A DNA stretch of 55,640 bases, filler included, from Basidioascus undulatus (Eukaryota): assembly GCA_000826855.1 (NCBI GenBank). It is 3 parts of 3 records of this genome, joined end to end, with 100 filler letters (N's around TTAATTAATTAA, not from the genome) between each part and the next. Parts side by side here need not be neighbours in the genome. Positions count along the whole stretch, not along the records: positions 43,850 to 55,640 come from JTLS01000979.1; 2 more parts are not named here. The stretch is one strand, 5' to 3'. Both the position numbers and the translations under genes were made by a program. Below, piece by piece: positions 48,267-55,640 of the stretch (positions are counted from its first letter, which is position 1; each line of letters begins with the position of its first letter). The notes under the pieces were generated by a model. The model searched no databases and was not told the origin of the DNA. It saw only the letters and a list, made by a program, of their open reading frames with translations.

Positions 48267-50405
48267 CGAACGCGTAACGGTAAGAACATGTGTCAGAAAG
48301 GTGCATAGACTGGTTGAGGGAGGGTGGACAAAGGTGAAGGAAGAAAGAAGGCAAGGTGCGATGCTTGCTGTTCGCTGCCCTTGAAACCCGCAATTGCTAT
48401 CAGCTGTCAGTGCGACCCCACCCTTTGTTTTTCCTCATATCAAAGCTCTTTCACTTCCTCTTCCTTCCATTCCAGTTCTGTAAAGACTAGGTGCAAATTC
48501 TCAGACTCTCATCCTCGTCCAGGTTTAAATAATGTTGGAACCGCTGCGATCCCGTCAGTGTCGTGTCGCGACGAAAAAGTATGCCGTTCGGGTTCGCGTC
48601 GCTCTCCACCGGTTTTCACCATCTTCAGCCTCAAATACAGAATACTTTGTGCAAGTGTATTCAGTTCCAACTAATGCAACCAAAAATTGCTGGTGGACCC
48701 GGGAAGCAGGACGACAACGAGCAACAGAGCAAGATCACTGGGAGCCTGCACGCATCTGCACGCCTTCAATTGCGCTTGCAAGGAAACCAGTCAAAATGAG
48801 ATAAGCTTTCCTCCTAAAACAGCCACAGTGAGGACGCAAGCTTGCGGAGTGACGCCACATGAGGCGTCGAAGCGGTCAACCTGTGAACGACGACGACCAT
48901 GAGTGCAAACGAGCTTTCAGCATTCATCCGCGCGTGCTTGACAGGCCATCTGCTTCGAGAGTGACGAACAGTCGCCTTCGCAACATGTCTGCACGGAACA
49001 CCGGGGGTTTGTATCGGTGCCACTTTCCACACAAGATGATAAGCACTCCATGTGACGCGAAATCAGCCGTTGTTTCTCAGCTTTTGTGAAGAACGTGCTA
49101 GAAGCGATAGGTCGATATGTGACATTGACCATGTCGCACATTGTCATACGCGAGGCAGGCAAGAAGATAGTGAAGGCGGAAGAAGAGAAGGAGCCGCTGT
49201 TGCCGCGTTCTTGTGGAGTCGAAGCCAAGCGACCCGCTGAGCTTCGGCCGGTTCCTTGCAATCCACTCGACTCTGCTTCGCTCGTCCTGGGCTGAGGGGC
49301 TGACAACACTCAACAGCCCGGCCTAAAATCAACCTTTGGACAGCAGCGATTCAGAATCGTGAATTGCCGTTTTGAGCGACGGCACAGCTTGAAAGGACAT
49401 ACATTGAAACCGAACTCGGAAGCAAGCGTGAGTGTCGCCACCTAGGCACCTCAATCAAATTCCCTTTACTCATCTACCGGATGCAAACAATCTAGAAACT
49501 AGAGCGTGTTTCAGCTCGGTGTCCAAACGTCCAAGACCGGGCACGAATCCACCCGCCCGTTTAATGTGTATGGTTCGTTTTGATGGCCCTTAAACGATCT
49601 CCCTCTGAGCACCGTGTTGCCCTGTGCATAGACCATTCCTAGCGAATACAGTGGATTATTGTCGAGTCTTTGTCTCTCCCCAGTTTGTACGGTCCCAAAC
49701 ATGGGCTTTATTGCAGCGGTTACTTTCGTCACGACTGCCGCCAGTGCCGTTGTGAGGATGGCAACAGAACAGCCTTCCCGCACCAACGGAATCGGCAGGG
49801 TTACCGGAAAAGGCTTTCAGGACGAGCAGGCTGTCTTGCAAGTGCAAGAACTCAGCTCAGCGCCTGCTCGGTTGCCTCATGGCCTCAACTTTTTGGAGGC
49901 ACAAAGATTCCGCTCAAGCTTTGTGGATAGAAATTTACCATACAACACGAAGTGCATATCCCAGCTCTTGAGGAAGTCAAGTTAATGGTGGACCACTGGC
50001 GTGTTAAGCAGGCCTAAAGCAGGCTCATAGCGTGGAAGCTGTCGGTTGAAGTGGTTGTTCATGATGGTGAGTGGGGTTGACACCCAAGATCCTTCATGGT
50101 TCACTCTTGTTCCTTGTTCTGCATGTAGCATCTCTGTAGATCAAGCTGTGCGATGCGGCCAGAAGACGCAGCCCAGTCCTGCTTTTGATCATGGCTAGGT
50201 CGGAACCAACCGCCTGTACTCCTGAAATGCCGTCAGACACACATGGCGGTACTCTTGTCATACTAACCAAAAGCCATGACCGAGTATCAAGCTTCCACAG
50301 GCCGACAGCAACACCGGGGTAATCGGGAAGTAGCGGAGAGTATGCAATGCGGTCGGAGTAGGATGCAGAAGTGATCAAACGGAGCAAACAAGAAGGTGAG
50401 GCAAT

Positions 50406-53050
50406 CTATCTGCGACTAGACGTCCGAGCTTCCAGGATGGCACGTCGCTTGCCGTCGGCCTCGTACGTCGCCCTGTTCTTCGCTGGACACGTGAACGCAA
50501 GATCAGCCGCAGACCTCAGTTTCAGCCGATTCCTTCCACGGGAGATGTACCCGTCTCGACTCGAGCCATGGCGACTTGCACTTGCAGCACCAGCTGCTCG
50601 CTCTTTTCGCGGCCCTCCGCCCGCTGCACCTCGAGGAAGCGAGGCTTCCATCGCTGCCACGCTTCGTCGATGTCCTTGTCCTCCAAGCTGCGGGCGCGCG
50701 CCCGATCCTCTAAGCCGAGCAGGGCGTAGACGCCCTCGTGGTCGTACAAAGGCGGCGGGGACGGGGGCGCCCGTGAGGCGGCGGGGGTTGGTCGTGCCGG
50801 CGGCGAGCGTGGGAAGGGACGCGCCGGTTTAGGCTTCGGGGCGGTGCGGGGCTGTGGCTCGGGTTTCGGCTTGGGCGACGAGGAGGGAGGAGGCCGAGGA
50901 GCGGGGGCTTGACGGAGGCGGCGCGCTTGGAGGTTTCCCGCCGCGGCGAGCTCACGCGCCTTTCGCACCTCGACCATCCACTCCGGCAGAGGCGGATCTG
51001 CGTTGAACCCGGTGCGAGCGATAATGTACGTCCTGCAGAGCCAGTCAGCGAGAAGGGCCCAGGAGGTTTGGTATTTGAAGAAAAGCGCTTACACCGTTGA
51101 GGCGTACAACTTGAGCCCTTGATTCGGCTCGTCCGCGGTGGGCGACGCGGATCCGGCAGCATCATGTTGCCAGAGGTTACGGATCGCGACGGAGGACCAG
51201 TCGACGCCGGTGGCGTCCGTGCGCTGTCCCAGAGCGAGTCCAAGTTCGCGGGCGATGCCTCCCGCTGCGACAACTCGGGACTCGCGCCTGTCGAACAAAC
51301 CAAAAGAGGGAGGGGCAGAAAGTTCGGTTAACTCGATGTGCCTACCAGGCTAGGGCGCAAATAGACAGCGAACCTGAACTGCTGCAAGGATCGCTCCGCG
51401 TTGGACTCCCTCGTGTCTTCGGGAGACCGTGCCACCACGACGTTGATCTCCTCTGGATACTTCAAAGTTCCACTTTCGCCCGCAGAATTATACCCGCTTC
51501 TCCGTGACCAGAAGTTTTCAGCGTCGAACAGCGACCAAAGGGCGTGAATCGGACGTTTCGGGCCCGCGGTCGGCTGCAAGCATATGTAAGAGCGATAAAA
51601 GACGGTGAAGGGGGAAACTTAGGCACACCTGCATGAATTCTTGCGCGAACGGCATTACCTCACGAGGACTTTGCCACAGGTGCGGTTTGTCTGGGACAAG
51701 TCTCGAGTACACACGGCCTGCGGCCGCGCAGGCATCGAGAATAGCGAACGGCTCAGTGCTCGTGTCGGAACTCGATCGATCGAAGGCAGCGAATACGGGC
51801 GCGTAGACGGGATACGCGTGGTTCACGAATGGCGTGCGGAACGAGCTGAGGACTTCGTCGTAGTTTACCGCGTCGCCCCAGTCCGTCGTCCACTTCGTCG
51901 TGTACGTTGTGGTGGGGCGGAAGTAGCTGTCTAGGTCGGGAGGAGGAAGCACAAAGGGCGGGAAGGGGTACTTGGCGAGGCAGGTGGGCAGGTTGAGATC
52001 CGAGAGGGACTCTGGGTCGGTGACTTGCCGATGCTTAATCGGGTTCCGGGGGAGTCCGAGCACGGCCCTAGAGCCAGATCAGACGTCAACGGTAAGGTAT
52101 CATGATATTCAGGTGTCGGATAGGTGCATACGAGGGTGGTAGGATGTGCGGCGCTGCGGGAGAGGGAAAGCCGGGAAACGCGAGGACGGCGTGCTGATGA
52201 TCTCGATACGGCTGCACGTGCGTCTCCACTCCGTCCTGGATTTTTCGTACGGACGAGGTCGGCGTAGTCCGTTGATCACACAAGTACAGACCCCAGGACA
52301 GCCACATCGGAACGAAGAGCGCCTGTAGCTCATAGTCGATAGGGGTCTACAAGGGAGGACATCAGACGTGGCGTTATGAGAAACTCTCGGACGAGAACGC
52401 ACCGCCGTGCCGCAGTGCTCCGCAATGAGTGTACGGGCGCGCAACTGAGAAAGTCGAAACGGTAGGAAGGATACACGATCGAGCGGCTCCAGAGGGAGCG
52501 ACGGGAACTTCGAAGGATCGAGCAGCTCCTCCGGAGGGATTACGGCTTCCGCGCGAAACTCACGATCTTGTCGAAATTCTCGTAGTGCGCTGCCGACTCT
52601 CGAGACCCAGCTGAAGACGGAGCGGCGCTCGGTTCGATGAGGCTTGGCGATCGATGTGAGGCTTGGGCGAAGATGCGGGCCTCGCGAAAGTATTAGCATG
52701 TGTAAGGATGGAAAAAAGTGTGAAAGACGAGAGAAGACGCGGACTGCGTTACTTCGTAGCGTGGAGGGGTTTCGGCACCCCGGGAATTCGTCAAGCCGAA
52801 AGGGTTCCAGCGTCGGTTTCTTCAGCCGACGCGACTCTGTCCTGTTGATCTGCCGACAAATTGCAATGGAAAAAGCGATTAGTATAAACACGTAATCAGG
52901 AAGGATTGCATGGACAACAGTACCGACAGACAAATATCCGTCGACGACCTCCGGCGACTGCGCAGTGTAAGCGGTTAGAGTTGTGCTGCATTCGCCGACA
53001 ATGATGCACTGTCTACGAACCAGTTTGGCATTTATTATTTTCAAATTCAT
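50406..53050 (-). CDS. Large multi-exon orphan protein ending in a Pro-rich linker and an HPD-less J-domain-like fold
   Basis: Exons splice in frame without stops: ...LRARTLIAEHCGTA|TPIDYELQALFVPMWLSWGLYL...ILPP|SAVLGLPRN...FAQEFMQ|PTAGPK...LQQF|RRESRVV...YAST|VTYIIARTG...YDHEGVYALLGL...IDEAWQRWKPRFLEV...VQVAMARVET|AKNRATYEADGKRRAILEARTSSRR*. The first exons and the start at 53050 are tentative. Confidence 0.65.
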
Positions 53051-53158
53051 GGATGATAACACCAGCTGAGCCGAGCAACTGTCGTACTGGGGGTCGAATC
53101 CACATAGCGAGCGGGCATTGCGCACGGAAGGTTCCGTGGCCACGTCTTCGATCTTCAT

Positions 53159-54194
53159 TCACGCCTCCTCCAAAACCAGCTCCACATCATACACTCCCCT
53201 CACCGCATTAAAGCACCTAACCCTCGCCCTCCCCTCCTTTTCTCCCCACGCACCCATCCATCCTATTCTCAGTGTCCGCTCTTTTCTCCCCCTCCCACAC
53301 GCCAGCCAACGCACCTTCCACCCCCTAACCAGCTCCTCCACCGCCACATGGCCCTCCACCACCTTCCCCTTTTCCAGCAGGTCCGCGCGCATCACCCCCG
53401 GCAAAAGCCCGTCCCTGACGGGCGGGGTGACCCACTGCCCGCCCGGTGAAAGCTGCACGGCGACGTTCGCGATGGTCGATTCGGTTAGGTGCTCCGAAGC
53501 GTTGAGGAGGAGGACGTCGAAGAGCGGGGAGGCGGGGTTGAGGGTGGCGCCTGAATGGAAGGAGGGAAGTGAGACGATGGAGGAGGGAGGGAGTGGGGAG
53601 AGGCGAGAAGGGAGCGAAGACAAACCGTGTCTCGCTCGCGCGGAATCGTACACTTCGCGGCGGGTTGTTTTGTGGTAGAGGAAGGGGGAGTCGAGCGGCA
53701 CGGGATGATGCAGGTCTAGGGCGACGCGGACCGGATCTGGTTGTTTGCGAAGGAGTCAGCAGCGTAAGCCTTGCGTTGAAAGAAGAAGAGGAAGACGCAC
53801 GATCAGGCATGGACGTCAAAGCCCAGCTCTCGACCTTCACGCCTCCATCCCTTGGCGACACAGATATCCGAACCTTCCCCGCCCTCGCGCAGGGTTCAGC
53901 TTTCCCATACTTTCGGTTGATCGAGTTCTCCCAACCCACCCGCTGCGCCTTCTCCGCCCCAAACGCCCGCACGCGCGCCTCCAGCGCCTCCAGCGCATTC
54001 AGCACGTCCTCATCCCCGAGCGGCACAGTCCCGGACTCAGGAACGAGCGCTTTGGAAGACGTGCGTAAGCGCGCGAGATGCCGCGGGAGGAGCGGGATCG
54101 AGGACGCGAGGTCGAAGGGCTTTGAAGGTGACGGTCGGTAGGCTAGCGTCGTAAGAAGTTCGAAATCGGGTTCGGGCGCGGTTGGGTTGGTCAT
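53159..54194 (-). CDS. ABZ2: Aminotransferase class IV protein, 4-amino-4-deoxychorismate lyase (Abz2-like)
   Basis: FELLTTLAY, LLPRHLARL, PFLYHKTTRREVYDSARAR (PLP lysine), DVLLLN...LTESTIANVA, WVTPP...GLLPGVMRADLL and CFNAVRG. Confidence 0.9.
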
Positions 54195-54698
54195 TTGATC
54201 GAGTGATACGTTGAGGTGAGTATTGATAAGGTTGCGAGCAAGGTGTCAGTATGGGCTTGCGATGCGAAGGAAGGATGGTGATGGTTGAGAGACGAGTCAA
54301 TCGTCGACTCGAGACGCGTATGTCGCCCTCAGGCGGCGGTGATCGTCCACTTCTTTAATTGTGAGAACCGATATGGGCGATTAAAATTGCCTCGTGGAAG
54401 TTCAACGACCGAGCAGGCTGCGGAGCTGCTACACGCTTGATTCTAATCGCGGTATTCCCACCGTCAGTCGAGCCTCGAGCTCTTCCTTCCACATCGAACT
54501 ATAAACTTGCAGCCCGCCCACAGCCCGCCTTGCGCAACGGCACACGACACGGCACGGCATGCGCTTCTCCGCAACTCCAGATCTATGCAGCGCTGCCTTC
54601 ACAGCGCATTAATTGCTCGTGTCCATCCCCTTCGCCTCGCACTACCACCCTCCCCGTCCCGGCATCCCGACCCATCACAACGTCCCGTTAGATCCAGC

Positions 54699-55561
54699 TT
54701 AGACGGACTCTGTTCGTGCGTAGCAAGACTAATGTGTCAGCGAGACCGGAGAGCATGGCACGAGGGGGGAGGTGAGAGGATCAAGGGGAACGAGGAGGGG
54801 AAGTGAGTTTTGGGGTGAAAATGGGGGGAACGCACCGTTGATGAGGTTGTTGAGGCGGTTGACCTTGGACGCGACGGAGAGGTCGACGGTCTTCTCGCCG
54901 AACTCGACGACGAGACCGCCCAGGACGGCCGGGTTGACCTGAGCGAGGAACGAAGGGGACGGCGTCAGCGTCTATGCAGTCAGAACCTCGAAAAGCGCGC
55001 ATGCGTCCAAGACCACCCCCCGGACGCATGACCAAACGCCTAGTATACAGCCCTGCAGCTCCTGGGCTAGGTCGGAAGACGCCGGACGCCGGTACGCACC
55101 TTGTTGGAGATCTTGAGCTTCTTGCCGTCGGCAGCGACAGAGGAGCTCTTGAGAGCGGTCTCGAGGCGCTGATGGAGCTTGGCGTCGAGGGGCTGGGCGG
55201 TGGTGACGACGACCTCGACCTCGCCGTTGTAGGCAGCGACGAGCTTCTCAAAATCGTCAGCGATCTTCTCGGCGTCGGCGAGGCGGCCGTTCTCGCCGAG
55301 GACAGCGAGGAGGTTCTTGGTGATGTCGCTCTTGGCGTTGAGGGCGCCGACGAGCTTGTCGATGGCCGCCTGGCGCTCAGCGCGGGTGAGCGTCGGGTTG
55401 TGCACGAGCTCGCGCAGCTGGGCGTCCTTGGAGACGGAGTCGCGGAGCGCGCGGAGCTCGGTCGCGACCTGGGTGAGCGTCTTGGGGGACTGCTTGAGCG
55501 CGGCGGAGAACGCGGCGGTCGCGTACTTGCCCGAGAGCGAGTACAGCGTCAGGGGCGGCTG
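54699..55561 (-). CDS. ATP5: Mitochondrial ATP synthase OSCP (subunit 5/O), 3' part; continues beyond the window
   Basis: PPLTLYSLSGKYATA, NPTL, KNLLAVLGENGRL, GEVEVVVTTAQPL, NK|VNPAVLGGLVVEFGEKTVDLSVASKVNRLNNLIN|ESV*. Confidence 0.96.
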
Positions 55562-55640
55562 CTGTGGGGGTGGGGGATGGATTTCAGGGGGTCAGGACAT
55601 GGGATTCGGGGATGGTGGTGGTCGGAGGGCAAGAGAGGTC

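Noticed and set aside
48900..50390. Short ORFs between the two J-like copies, some hydrophobic
   Set aside because: Could not be joined into a gene or matched to a family.
1..55640. CRISPR arrays, operons, rRNA or prokaryotic defence systems
   Set aside because: The sequence is spliced eukaryotic DNA; no regularly spaced repeats or rRNA-like sequence were seen.

Overview
Intron-rich eukaryotic DNA, most likely a basidiomycete fungus (short GT-AG introns with CTGAC/CTAAC branch points, GC-rich exons). It is three separate contigs joined by artificial 100-bp linkers (44 N + TTAATTAATTAA + 44 N) at 11810-11909 and 43750-43849, so adjacency across those points means nothing. Apparently intact genes: two tandem secreted RlpA/DPBB (expansin/loosenin-like) genes, a divergent RRM + coiled-coil gene, RSA4/NLE1 (3' part), PEX12, a small NUUM-like complex I subunit, GPI12/PIG-L, an Asterix/PAT10-like membrane protein, an SMP/LEA-like protein, acetyl-CoA synthetase, an NGL-family nuclease, SPT5 (3' part), a large orphan ending in an HPD-less J-domain-like fold, ABZ2-like aminodeoxychorismate lyase and ATP5/OSCP (3' part). 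PEX3 is present only as exon 1 fused to unrelated sequence. The lower-GC tracts between these clusters hold many gene relics: a Dal5-type MFS transporter, a Zn2Cys6 factor, KRE6/SKN1, a GH3 beta-glucosidase, a LINE RT fragment and a decayed second J-like copy. Most notable: the duplicated HPD-less J-like module, a Pex12 RING that has lost nearly all zinc ligands and looks U-box-like, the density of pseudogenes, and a probable 3-nt micro-exon. All gene models were spliced by eye and all homology calls come from remembered motifs, not searches.
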